DNA of 64,000 nt from Algoriphagus sp. (GTDB lineage Bacteria > Bacteroidota > Bacteroidia > Cytophagales > Cyclobacteriaceae), in assembly GCF_029254265.1 (NCBI RefSeq), contig NZ_JAQWXX010000048.1, positions 27,256-91,255 on the forward strand, given 5' to 3'. A program made the translations under genes and the position numbers. The notes below the pieces were generated by a model. That model was not told where the DNA came from. It made no database searches and was given only the letters and a program-made list of their open reading frames with translations. Positions 20,709 to 29,957 of this stretch are shown here, in pieces. Positions within the stretch are counted from its first letter, which is position 1, and the number at the start of each line of letters is the position of its first letter.

Positions 20709-22424
20709 TTAGCCTTTTTCAAGTGTAGATAAATCTCCTTCCGGTAATCCCAATTCACGGGCTTTCAACAGCCTTCTCAAGATCTTTCCGCTTTTGGTTT
20801 TAGGAAGACTTTCGATAAAGGAAATTTCTTTGGGAGCTACCGCCGGACCCATCGTCTTTCGGGCGAAGCCAATCAATTCTTGGCTCATTTCGTCAGTAGG
20901 TTCAAAGCCTTCTTTCAGGACTACAAATGCCTTGACCAATTCTCCGATAGATGGTTCAGGTTTTCCGATTACTGCGGCTTCCACCACTGCCGGATGCTTC
21001 ATAAGTGTACTTTCCACTTCAAATGGACCAACCATATGGCCAGAAGTTTTGATGATGTCATCCGCCCTTCCAATAAACCAGAAGTAACCCTCCTTATCAA
21101 TTTTCGCCAGATCCCCAGAGATATACCAGTCTCCTTTAAAGCATTTTTGGTAGCGTTCTTCCTCATGGAGATAACCCCTGAAAAGAGAAGGAAACCCTTT
21201 TTTCAAAACCAAATGACCTTGATTATCCGGCTGATCATAGATCTTGATATCTTCACCTTCTATATCAGCAATCGCTGCGATTATTCCGGGAAGTGGCTTT
21301 CCCATGGAACCTGGTTTTACCTCCATCGAACGATAATTGGCAATCATTATCCCCCCAGTTTCTGTTTGCCACCAATTATCCAGCACGGGAACTCCAAAAG
21401 CTTTTTGTCCCCAGGTCACAGCTCCGGGGTGAAGTGGCTCGCCTACACTTAGTACCAATCTCAAATTAGAAAGGTCATATTTTTCTTTGGGCACCAGTTC
21501 CATTCGCATCAATCTTCGGATGGCCGTTGGCGCAGTATACCACACATTGACTTTCTGCTTTTCCAAAATGGAATACCAGCGCAAGGCATCAAATTCCTCT
21601 TCATCTATGATGCTGGTTACGCCGTTGACCAGAGGAGCCATGATCCCATAAGAAGTGCCGGTCACCCAACCTGGATCTGCAGTACACCAAAAAACATCCC
21701 CCTCATGAAAATCCAATACGTATTTCCCGGTGGTATAATGCGTAAGTACGGCCTGGTGAACGTGTAAAGCACCTTTCGGCATTCCTGTGGTTCCGCTTGT
21801 AAAATGCAACAAAGCCGGGTCTTCCGAATCGGTGGGAGGAATAGTGAATTCTTCAGAAGCTTCCCCCATGAGTTTGGTCAATGAAAGAGCTTTCTTATCC
21901 ACATGCTCATCTGAGTCCGTCAGTAAGATGACTTCTAAGGAAGGAAGCCGATCGAGAAGTCCCTTTATCTTTTTCTCGTAAAAGCTTGTATTGGTGACCA
22001 ACACTTTTGCATCACCCTTACTCAATCGTTGAAAAATGGGTTCTGGTCCAAAAACCGAGAACAAGGGACAAAAAACAGCTTTGAATTTCAGCGTCCCTAA
22101 AGCCGCGATATACAAGTCCGGTACTCGACCCAATAATGAAAAAACCCGTTCTCCTTTTTTCAATCGTAATCCAGCCAGTACATTGGCAAACTTGGAAGTT
22201 TGGGTTTTTAAATCTCCATAAGAGTAATCATTAGTCTTTTCCTCCTTTCCGATAAAGCGAAGCGCAACCGTATTTTTCAAGTGGCCAGAAGCATGCCTAT
22301 CCACCGCTTCATGTGCGATATTCAGTCCTTTTCCGTCGGGTAATCCTGATAATTGATTTCGCTCCTTTTGCCAGTCAAAATCTTGATAAAGCTTGGCATA
22401 ATCGGTTAAATTTGGCTTTTTCAT
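20709..22424 (-). CDS. acsA: Acetate/short acyl-CoA ligase (AMP-forming)
   Basis: [30 protein letters not shown] and TKSGKILRR. Confidence 0.92.
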   Translation of the reverse strand: MKKPNLTDYAKLYQDFDWQKERNQLSGLPDGKGLNIAHEAVDRHASGHLKNTVALRFIGKEEKTNDYSYGDLKTQTSKFANVLAGLRLKKGERVFSLLGRVPDLYIAALGTLKFKAVFCPLFSVFGPEPIFQRLSKGDAKVLVTNTSFYEKKIKGLLDRLPSLEVILLTDSDEHVDKKALSLTKLMGEASEEFTIPPTDSEDPALLHFTSGTTGMPKGALHVHQAVLTHYTTGKYVLDFHEGDVFWCTADPGWVTGTSYGIMAPLVNGVTSIIDEEEFDALRWYSILEKQKVNVWYTAPTAIRRLMRMELVPKEKYDLSNLRLVLSVGEPLHPGAVTWGQKAFGVPVLDNWWQTETGGIMIANYRSMEVKPGSMGKPLPGIIAAIADIEGEDIKIYDQPDNQGHLVLKKGFPSLFRGYLHEEERYQKCFKGDWYISGDLAKIDKEGYFWFIGRADDIIKTSGHMVGPFEVESTLMKHPAVVEAAVIGKPEPSIGELVKAFVVLKEGFEPTDEMSQELIGFARKTMGPAVAPKEISFIESLPKTKSGKILRRLLKARELGLPEGDLSTLEKG

Positions 22425-22580
22425 ACGCAGATCTTTTATTCCAAAAATTTTTTGAAAGCCTGTTTTTTTAACAGAATTCCAACTTCTAATCCCTCAAAAA
22501 CCAGATGAGGTATTGATCCTTTCCTAATTTACCATTTTATAAAAATGAAATTAAATTTTTGGACAATCATTTAGCCCTTA

Positions 22581-22594
22581 ATGACTTAAATCAT
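22581..22594. promoter_or_regulatory. Candidate Crp/Fnr-type operator ATGAC-N4-ATCAT
   Basis: Near-palindrome about 157 bp upstream of the acsA start; same geometry as TTGAT-N4-ATCAA. Confidence 0.35.
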
Positions 22595-22659
22595 ATTCTT
22601 CGGCATTGAAATGAGATGTTTTAAAGACTAAAGGAACAGATAACTCCTAAAAAATGACA

Positions 22660-22709
22660 GAATCATCCTCTCCGGCGGAAATGTGGATTTAGGGAAATTG
22701 CCTTTTTGA
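22660..22709 (+). repeat. Direct repeat B (orphan copy of the dehydratase 3' end, encodes IILSGGNVDLGKLPF*)
   Basis: Four differences from copy A, all at synonymous third positions. Confidence 0.92.
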
Positions 22710-22871
22710 GTTCGTCACCAAGTCAACAAAGGCTATTGCCAAGTACCCAAAGGGTTTTAACCACATAGGAGTAAAGCATAGTCAAAAATCGTTAAAGAAT
22801 GAAAGCAATCTATTTTCCATAAGATTGGTCAATTAATATAACCAGAGAATCAAGTTGCCTTTTTGATTAAG

Positions 22872-22906
22872 AAAACAGCCCAAATCTTTCGACTTGGGCT
22901 GTTTTT
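22872..22906. terminator. Terminator hairpin, copy 1
   Basis: AAAACAGCCCAA-loop-TTGGGCTGTTTT; its 26-bp core is 25/26 identical to 24488-24513. Confidence 0.85.
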
Positions 22907-23072
22907 GTATTTTTAAGATCGCATCGCACACTATCTTCGGCAGGTAAATCTAATTTATTGTCATAATTGTTCTTTTTGTAGTAGAAACAAGTACCTAAAT
23001 TTCTTCTTTACACTCATTTTAATTTCCACAAAATCTACCATCTCATCTTTGTTGTTGAATAATTGATCCTTT

Positions 23073-23684
23073 TCAATCGAGAAACAGCAAGTCTTTCCTA
23101 GATACTTCTATCCATTCATTATTTTCCCATAGAAACATAAATGCCGTTAAGGGAGTAAGTTCACTATGATTACTATTTGATTTTATAATTAGAAATCCGA
23201 TAGTTCTGGCTTTAGTATTGATTATTAAAGGACTAGAAATCTTTAGACTCCAATATTTATTGGATTTTTTTGGCCATTGTTTGATTGACTTTAAATTACA
23301 CTCATCACTTATTGTCGTTTCGTAAGATGAATCAATTAATGTATCTAAAATATTCATATCAATTTTTTCACCAATAAGCGTAGATAAACTATCAGAAATT
23401 AATTGTCCACCTTTGATTAAAGGAAAGAAGACTGATTCAAGTTCTGAACCATTCCCTATTTCTTCAGAAAAGGCAAAGGTCTTATTCAAAATTTTATATT
23501 TCCCTTCGCCTTTCTCTAATAATACACAGACTTTATTCATTAGTTTTTCACTTTTTGTTTGTGCAGATAAGTAAATAGAGTTAGTCAAGACTATTAGTAC
23601 AGCTAGAATAAGAGCACTTTTGGCCTTTTGCATTAGGGTCACCGAGAGTTTCATGTGTTTGTTATTCATTTTTAGCGGACACAT
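23073..23684 (-). CDS. Hypothetical, probably secreted, AT-rich protein
   Basis: 203-aa ORF with a hydrophobic N-terminal segment; true start uncertain. Confidence 0.55.
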   Translation of the reverse strand: MCPLKMNNKHMKLSVTLMQKAKSALILAVLIVLTNSIYLSAQTKSEKLMNKVCVLLEKGEGKYKILNKTFAFSEEIGNGSELESVFFPLIKGGQLISDSLSTLIGEKIDMNILDTLIDSSYETTISDECNLKSIKQWPKKSNKYWSLKISSPLIINTKARTIGFLIIKSNSNHSELTPLTAFMFLWENNEWIEVSRKDLLFLD

Positions 23685-23728
23685 ATACTCTTGAAGGGTT
23701 GAAAAAAAGAATTACACATCCCAAACTA

Positions 23729-24409
23729 TTATTCAATCTCTGACAATATTTTGCTCAATCCACCCATTCCATGGTCAATCACAAAATGAAGCGTTTTATT
23801 GTCTGGCGCATCAACCATCTCCAGAATATCTAAGAAGTATCCTTTTGCATCCTCGCCTGAACCCATAGTACCTATTTCTTTTTCATAGTATTTGGTGATC
23901 AACACATAACCATCAATAGGAGAAATCACAAAATAAGGGCGCTCTTTGGAGCCGTCGCCGGTAGACAAAATAGATTCCGCGATTAACTTAAATCTTGCTT
24001 CATACTTCTTCGTTTCCTGTTCATTTATAATCTTGGAATTTGCCTTCCAGAGGCCATAGTTAACCGACAAATCAACAGGGTTCATTTCGTAAACTAACTT
24101 CCCGTATTTCAAAAGTGTATCCGGTGAAACCTGATCTGTAGCTAAAAAAGATCTTTCCAAACCAACCATTCCATAGGCATTGTAGCTTTCTTGGGCAGTT
24201 TGTCCGATCAACAATCGAATTACTTCTTTCTTCGTGAAATTCTCTCCCTCTTCATTAAACCTGGATCTAAGACTTTCATAAAAATTGGGGTCGTCTTGAA
24301 TTTTAGATAGTTTGTAATATTTAGGGTAGTCCTCTGAGTAAGTGAAGTTTTGAGAAAATACTCCAAAACTAATGACACTTAGCAGGAAGGTTGCAATCAG
24401 ATTTTTCAT
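23729..24409 (-). CDS. DUF4919-like secreted protein
   Basis: Signal peptide; ILSTGDG..ERPYFVI segment recalled as typical of this family. Confidence 0.7.
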   Translation of the reverse strand: MKNLIATFLLSVISFGVFSQNFTYSEDYPKYYKLSKIQDDPNFYESLRSRFNEEGENFTKKEVIRLLIGQTAQESYNAYGMVGLERSFLATDQVSPDTLLKYGKLVYEMNPVDLSVNYGLWKANSKIINEQETKKYEARFKLIAESILSTGDGSKERPYFVISPIDGYVLITKYYEKEIGTMGSGEDAKGYFLDILEMVDAPDNKTLHFVIDHGMGGLSKILSEIE

Positions 24410-24483
24410 GCTTTTTTTTGAAAGATAAACTATCTTTTAATTAATCAAAACGATTTTCTTTTTCCTTGATGATCTTAGAAATA

Positions 24484-24518
24484 AAAAAGCCCAAATCTTT
24501 CGATTTGGGCTGTATTTT
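24484..24518. terminator. Terminator hairpin, copy 2
   Basis: AGCCCAAATC-TTTC-GATTTGGGCT with flanking A/T runs, downstream of the GMC gene. Confidence 0.85.
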
Positions 24519-24545
24519 TCATACTTATAACCTTAGCTTTCTGAA

Positions 24546-26255
24546 TTACTTTTTGCTTTCTGCAACCGCATGATGCGCTGCTCTCGCCGCAAAAGCCATA
24601 TAGGTCAAGGATGGATTCTGAGTAGACGTTGAAGTCATAGAAGCCCCATCTGTCACATAAACATTCGGAACAGCATGAAGCTGATGGTTAGCATTAAGCA
24701 GAGAAGTCTTCGGATCTCTACCCATTCGTATACCACCCATCTCATGGATATCTAATCCCGGTGCTTGCTTGCTGTCACTGGATTGAATATTCGTAAAACC
24801 AGCCTTTTCAAACATCTCGGTCATCTGCTCGATGTAATCCTTCGTCATCTTCTCATCATTGTCATCATAGTCAATGTTGATCTTCAACTGAGGCATTCCG
24901 TATGGATCTTTTAGATTTTCGTCCAAAGCCACATAATTAGTTTCTTTTGGGATAGTTTCTCCCATCATATGAGAACCTACACGCCAAGGCCCATATTGAT
25001 CTGGATTGAGCAAGCTTTCTTTCAGCTCCATACCTATTCCACTATTATCCGATCTCACACCTCTTCCTCCAGAGAAGCCTGCAGCGTATCCACGAAGAAA
25101 ATCTGTCTCCTGCTTATAGACATTTCGGAATCTTGGGAAATAGCCACTCGTTGGTCTTCCGCCGGAAGTGGCATATTCAGAAAGCCCCTCGTATTCTCCC
25201 GAAACACGTGCTCGGTAATTATGGAAAGCCACATATTTACCCATTAACCCATTGTCATTTCCAAGGCCATTCGGGAAGCGATTGGAAGTGGAATTCAATA
25301 AAATCAAATTGGTATTCAAGGCGGCTGCATTGATGAAAAGTACCGGAGCATAAAACTCCTCCATTTCTTTGGTATGCGCATCGATGATCCGTACACCTGT
25401 GGCTTTACCTAATTCCTCATCGTAGATCACCGAATGCACAATAGCGTCCGGTCTCAAGGTGAGATTTCCAGTTTTCAAAGCCCAAGGAATGGTCGATGAG
25501 TTGGAAGAAAAATAGCCTCCAAAAGGACATCCTCGCTGACAAAGGTTTCTATTTTGGCACATTGCCCGCCCTTGCTGGGCATAATAATCTGCATTTCCGT
25601 GAATATGCGCACAGCGTGAGGATATCATGTGACGGTCATTGCCGTAGTGTTTTTTGAGTTGCTCCGCAAAATATTTCTCCACCACATTCAACTCATAACC
25701 CGGCAAAAACTCCCCATCCGGTAAATTAGGTAACCCATCTTTGTTCCCAGATACCCCGGCAAACTTCTCCACATGGCTGTACCAGGAAGCAATATCCTTG
25801 TATCGAATCGGCCAATCCACCGCAAAACCATCCCGAGCAGGGCCTTCAAAATCAAATTCCGACCAGCGCTGTACTTGTCTTGCCCATAGCAAAGATTTAC
25901 CTCCTACTTGATAGCCCCGGATCCAATCAAAAGGCTTTTCTTGTACATAAGGATGCTCTGCATCTTTTACGAAAAAATGAGCGGCGTCTTCATTGAAAGC
26001 ATAGCACTTACTTACCACCGGATTGGCATCTTTCACTTCCTGAGGCATTTGTCCGCGATGCGGAAATTCGTAAGGAAGTAGGTTGGTGGTGGGATAATCT
26101 TTGATGTGTTCCACATTGCGACCACGCTCGATCATCAGGGTTTTCACGCCCAAGTCACAGAGTTCTTTTGCAGCCCAGCTTCCACTGATTCCCGAACCGA
26201 CCACAATCGCTTCATAAGTTCGTTCTTGTTTACTTCTAATATTCAGATTAGCCAT
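24546..26255 (-). CDS. GMC-family flavoprotein oxidoreductase (glycoside/sugar 3-dehydrogenase-like)
   Basis: VGSGISG, GGKSLLWAR, CxxxxxCxxxC (CQNRNLCQRGC), HEMGG and STQNPSLTYMA. Confidence 0.9.
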   Translation of the reverse strand: MANLNIRSKQERTYEAIVVGSGISGSWAAKELCDLGVKTLMIERGRNVEHIKDYPTTNLLPYEFPHRGQMPQEVKDANPVVSKCYAFNEDAAHFFVKDAEHPYVQEKPFDWIRGYQVGGKSLLWARQVQRWSEFDFEGPARDGFAVDWPIRYKDIASWYSHVEKFAGVSGNKDGLPNLPDGEFLPGYELNVVEKYFAEQLKKHYGNDRHMISSRCAHIHGNADYYAQQGRAMCQNRNLCQRGCPFGGYFSSNSSTIPWALKTGNLTLRPDAIVHSVIYDEELGKATGVRIIDAHTKEMEEFYAPVLFINAAALNTNLILLNSTSNRFPNGLGNDNGLMGKYVAFHNYRARVSGEYEGLSEYATSGGRPTSGYFPRFRNVYKQETDFLRGYAAGFSGGRGVRSDNSGIGMELKESLLNPDQYGPWRVGSHMMGETIPKETNYVALDENLKDPYGMPQLKINIDYDDNDEKMTKDYIEQMTEMFEKAGFTNIQSSDSKQAPGLDIHEMGGIRMGRDPKTSLLNANHQLHAVPNVYVTDGASMTSTSTQNPSLTYMAFAARAAHHAVAESKK

Positions 26256-26820
26256 TGATGCGAGGTTTTTGAAGGTCAGTAATCAACACAGCACCATTGT
26301 ATTCGCCAGGAATCAATGAGTATGGGATTACTTCGGTTTGAATGTATTCAGAGGCCATGTAGCCTTGGATAGTAAATCGCTTGGTTGTATTCAGGAAATA
26401 AGAAATTGCCTTGTTGGTCTGTCCCTCTTCGGTTTCTCCTCCTTCCAGTTTGGTGCCAGCTTGGATGATTTCCTCCTTCTTTTTTGTATCCAGTTTTTCA
26501 AAATTACTCCCACCTGTTTTCTTCACATAGTCAGGAAAAGCTGCAAACCCTTTGGTAAAAAGAGCCTGGTTTTCAGCGGTGTAACAATCGTTGATCATCA
26601 CAAGGATAAAATCCGGAACCTCTAAATCCAAGGCTCCTTTGATTTCCCCTGCAGGAATAATCGTATTGGAAATATCACCGAGTAGCGTTTTTTGAGAAGC
26701 GGTGACTTTGAGTTTGTCGTATGCTGCGAGTATATCATCCGAACTGAAATCGCAGGAAGGAATCAGGGCGAGTCCTCCGGAGATTAGTGCCAGATGTCGC
26801 AGAGCAATGCGTCTGTTCAT
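26248..26820 (-). CDS. Gluconate 2-dehydrogenase subunit 3-like Tat-exported partner
   Basis: MNRR twin-Arg start at 26820; IIPA..KGA; GYMASE; overlaps the GMC start. Confidence 0.85.
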   Translation of the reverse strand: MNRRIALRHLALISGGLALIPSCDFSSDDILAAYDKLKVTASQKTLLGDISNTIIPAGEIKGALDLEVPDFILVMINDCYTAENQALFTKGFAAFPDYVKKTGGSNFEKLDTKKKEEIIQAGTKLEGGETEEGQTNKAISYFLNTTKRFTIQGYMASEYIQTEVIPYSLIPGEYNGAVLITDLQKPRING

Positions 26821-26908
26821 AGGTTTTCGGTTAATTTGAGTTTTGGGTTTGGGTGAATTCTCGCAAATAAGGTAAGGAAAATGTGACGTAAATGCCATTA
26901 AAAAACAG

Positions 26909-28288
26909 CTATCGGTCCAAAATCCCTTTTAGCCAATCTTCATGAAGTTTCAGCAGTTCGGCTAACACCTCGGAGTTTTCAGTTGCCAAATTCTTCGCTT
27001 CAGTACTATCTCGTTCCAAATTGACCAGATAGAGTTGATCGGCTTCGCCAAAAGTGAGTTTGTTCGTTGGGTCAGTGGGATTTCCCAAGAGCTTCCAAGG
27101 TCCTTTTCGCACAGCCCAAGAAGCTTTTGGATTCTCAGGATTTCCAGTCCCCCAGTGCATCAGATCATGTGGAGAAGACGCATTCTCAGAGATTACTTTT
27201 CGCAGACTTAGTCCGTCCAACTCAGTGGGGTTGGGGATTTCCACTTCGGCATAATCCGCTAAAGTCGGCAGCCAATCCACCGCTCCGGCCCATTGATGGC
27301 GAACTTCACCTTCAGGAATTTGCCCAGGCCAGGAAATAATCGCCGGAACTCGGATGCCTCCCTCGAGCATGCTGAATTTAGCTCCGGCAAAAGGTCCTGC
27401 ATTTCCTCCACCGAAATAGGCTCGCTCTTCGGTACTGTGTCCGTGATCAGATTGAAAGACGATAATGGTATTTTCCAACTGGCCCGTTTGCTCCAAATGA
27501 TCCAGCACATTGCCTACCAATTCATCTAGTGTGGAAAGGAATGCAGCATATTCACGGCGAGGGCTTGGCAGATTTTCATAATGCTTTAGCCAAGATTCGC
27601 GACCTTGATAAGGATAGTGTGGCATATTGATCGCCCAATAAATAAAGAAGGGATCAGCCGAAGGTTGGGTGAATTGCTTCACTTCCTCCACCATCAAGTC
27701 ACCAAAGAATTGCCCTTCTCGATAGATTTCCTGCTCATTTTGGTAGAGATCATGAAGATTTGGCCCATTCCAATAAAAGAAGTGGGAATAGTTATCGATG
27801 CATCCCCGCTGGTGTCCAAAGAAATAATCGAAGCCCTGACCATTGGGTAATTTCTCTGGGTTATGTCCCAAATGCCACTTCCCAATAGCTGCTGTTCGAT
27901 AACCTGCAGGTCGGAAAACCTCCGCCATCGTGATCTCCTCTGTTGGCAATCCAGACAATCCTTCCGGATCATTGTTTGGCGTATCGACATTCCCAAAAAG
28001 TCCAGCGTTGAAATTGTATTTGCCTGTCAACAAACTGGCTCGAGAAGGGGAACAAACAGGTGCCGCCGCATAGAACTGAGTAAATCGAACCCCCCGACTA
28101 GCCATTCGATCCAAATTTGGCGTAGCCAAATCCGTCGAACCGTAGCTATTCAAGTCTAAAGTCCCCTGATCGTCCGAAAGGATAATCAGGATATTTGGCT
28201 TGGCCGGTTTGGGGATTTCTTGGGCCTTTTTTCCACAGGAGAAAAGGAGAAAGGATCCTGCAAGGAGGATGTTGCCTAAATATTTCAT
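26909..28288 (-). CDS. Cys-type sulfatase (lipoprotein)
   Basis: Lipobox FSC; SDDQG, CSPSR and GKWHLG. Confidence 0.93.
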   Translation of the reverse strand: MKYLGNILLAGSFLLFSCGKKAQEIPKPAKPNILIILSDDQGTLDLNSYGSTDLATPNLDRMASRGVRFTQFYAAAPVCSPSRASLLTGKYNFNAGLFGNVDTPNNDPEGLSGLPTEEITMAEVFRPAGYRTAAIGKWHLGHNPEKLPNGQGFDYFFGHQRGCIDNYSHFFYWNGPNLHDLYQNEQEIYREGQFFGDLMVEEVKQFTQPSADPFFIYWAINMPHYPYQGRESWLKHYENLPSPRREYAAFLSTLDELVGNVLDHLEQTGQLENTIIVFQSDHGHSTEERAYFGGGNAGPFAGAKFSMLEGGIRVPAIISWPGQIPEGEVRHQWAGAVDWLPTLADYAEVEIPNPTELDGLSLRKVISENASSPHDLMHWGTGNPENPKASWAVRKGPWKLLGNPTDPTNKLTFGEADQLYLVNLERDSTEAKNLATENSEVLAELLKLHEDWLKGILDR

Positions 28289-28397
28289 GCGTTTTATTTA
28301 TTTCTTATAATCCAAACTAGATCAAAAACCTTCAAAAAATACCCAATACTGGTTATTGTTTTTTAAAAATATTCTTTTTCATAAAAATTTAGTTTGG

Positions 28398-28424
28398 ATA
28401 ATAATAATAATAATAATAATAATA
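28398..28424 (+). repeat. (ATA)9 microsatellite
   Basis: Nine perfect trinucleotide units in the divergent intergenic region. Confidence 0.95.
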
Positions 28425-28508
28425 TGTTGCCAGTGTCCTTAGTTCAGAAGAAGGTCTTATGAATAATGGATAGCCTTGGCCAAGGTTTCATTTTACTTAA
28501 AAATAAGT

Positions 28509-29945
28509 ATGAAACCAAAAGGAAGATTTTCCCATTTAAAATGGGTAGTTGCTTTAGGGTTAATTGCCCTAATCGGAAGCTGTATTGAGCAAGAACTTGA
28601 GTTAGATCCTACCTCAAAAATTGATGAAACCCTAATTTCAAATGCTCAAAACTGGTACAGGACTAGTCCTGTCACGTCTGGAAACCAGAATTTCAGAATT
28701 AATAATTTGATAGCTGGGGAGCCGGATTGGAAAAAGTCCATAGAGTATATCCATAAGGGAAGAAAAGTGCTGGAAATCCCCGTGAACCTTTCTGTAAAAA
28801 ACCTCTTTGCACAAGGAAATAAAAATTTTAAAAAAAATTCTGGCGATTATCGAATTCTACTTTTCCAACTGCAAGAGAATCAATTCAAACCTTATTTATT
28901 TAAGATCGAAAATGGCGAAGATTCATTTGATTCAAAAAACAAAAATTTGAAGCATCTCAATCTGAACCAGATTCCAAAAGATTTCAGCGGCAAATATATG
29001 TTTTTCAATTTGGATGGAGGATTCGTTGGTTCTTGGATTATAGAATCAGGGGAAAGAACCAGAGCAGAATCGTATCGAAAACCAGCTCCTGCTGAATCAG
29101 GAAAAAACAACGCAAGAACATCCGATTGGAACTACACCTGTGAGGTGACTACTATTACCACCTATGTCCAGGCGGGAGATGGCGAACCCGAGGTCGTGGC
29201 ACAAATTGAACTTTGGGATTGTGAATTTACACAGGTTCCAGAAAAAATAGCCCCACCGGATAGTGGTCCTGGTACAGGAGGAGAAGATCCAGGCTGCTAC
29301 GAGCCTAATCCGTTTATGGAGGGTCAAGTGGTGCCTTGTGGATCTTTAGATCTGGACTGCCCTTGCTGCAAAGCTCCTCTTAGTGAACGGGTACTATGTG
29401 AACAACTATCTCCACCTTGTGATGATATACCAACATATTCAATTGCTATACAGAATACTACTGCTTGGACAGGTAAAAATAGTGGAAGATATTCTGCAAC
29501 AGCAAGGAAATATGATGATGGATCTCCAAAGCCACATTGGGGCCTAGATATTGCTACTACTCCAGGCACACCTGTATTTAGCGTTCATCCTGGAGTTGTG
29601 GATGAAGTAGTCTCTCATATTACTCCAAATAAATATATAAGCAGAAGTTTAGGAAACTATGTGAAAATAAAATCAATAGATTCAAACGGGGAAGTGTTTT
29701 ATCTTTCATATAATCACTTGAATTATGTTTGGGTTGGTAAGGGTGATGTTATTGAAAAAGGGCAGGCAGTAGGTTTGTCTGGAGCCACAGGCAATGCTGG
29801 AGATCAATACGTAAAGAAACATGTCCACATTGAGGCAACAAAACTTAACTCAAATAGCAAACAAATAAGAGTTAACCCAGAAAACTACATGAAATTTCGG
29901 TATGATTCCCAAGGGAATGTTTCTTTTAATCCTTGTAATAATTAA
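28509..29945 (+). CDS. Lipoprotein with Gly/Cys-rich linker and C-terminal M23 peptidase (candidate polymorphic effector)
   Basis: ATG 28509; ..LIGSC lipobox followed by acidic residues; HWGLD (HxxxD), YNHL and HVHIE (HxH); AT-rich. Confidence 0.75.
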   Translation: MKPKGRFSHLKWVVALGLIALIGSCIEQELELDPTSKIDETLISNAQNWYRTSPVTSGNQNFRINNLIAGEPDWKKSIEYIHKGRKVLEIPVNLSVKNLFAQGNKNFKKNSGDYRILLFQLQENQFKPYLFKIENGEDSFDSKNKNLKHLNLNQIPKDFSGKYMFFNLDGGFVGSWIIESGERTRAESYRKPAPAESGKNNARTSDWNYTCEVTTITTYVQAGDGEPEVVAQIELWDCEFTQVPEKIAPPDSGPGTGGEDPGCYEPNPFMEGQVVPCGSLDLDCPCCKAPLSERVLCEQLSPPCDDIPTYSIAIQNTTAWTGKNSGRYSATARKYDDGSPKPHWGLDIATTPGTPVFSVHPGVVDEVVSHITPNKYISRSLGNYVKIKSIDSNGEVFYLSYNHLNYVWVGKGDVIEKGQAVGLSGATGNAGDQYVKKHVHIEATKLNSNSKQIRVNPENYMKFRYDSQGNVSFNPCNN

Positions 29946-29957
29946 AATATTTAAAAA

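Noticed and set aside
17258-22659. Prophage or IS identity for the repeat-flanked cassette
   Set aside because: No integrase, transposase or phage gene lies between the repeats; only the att-like footprint is supported.
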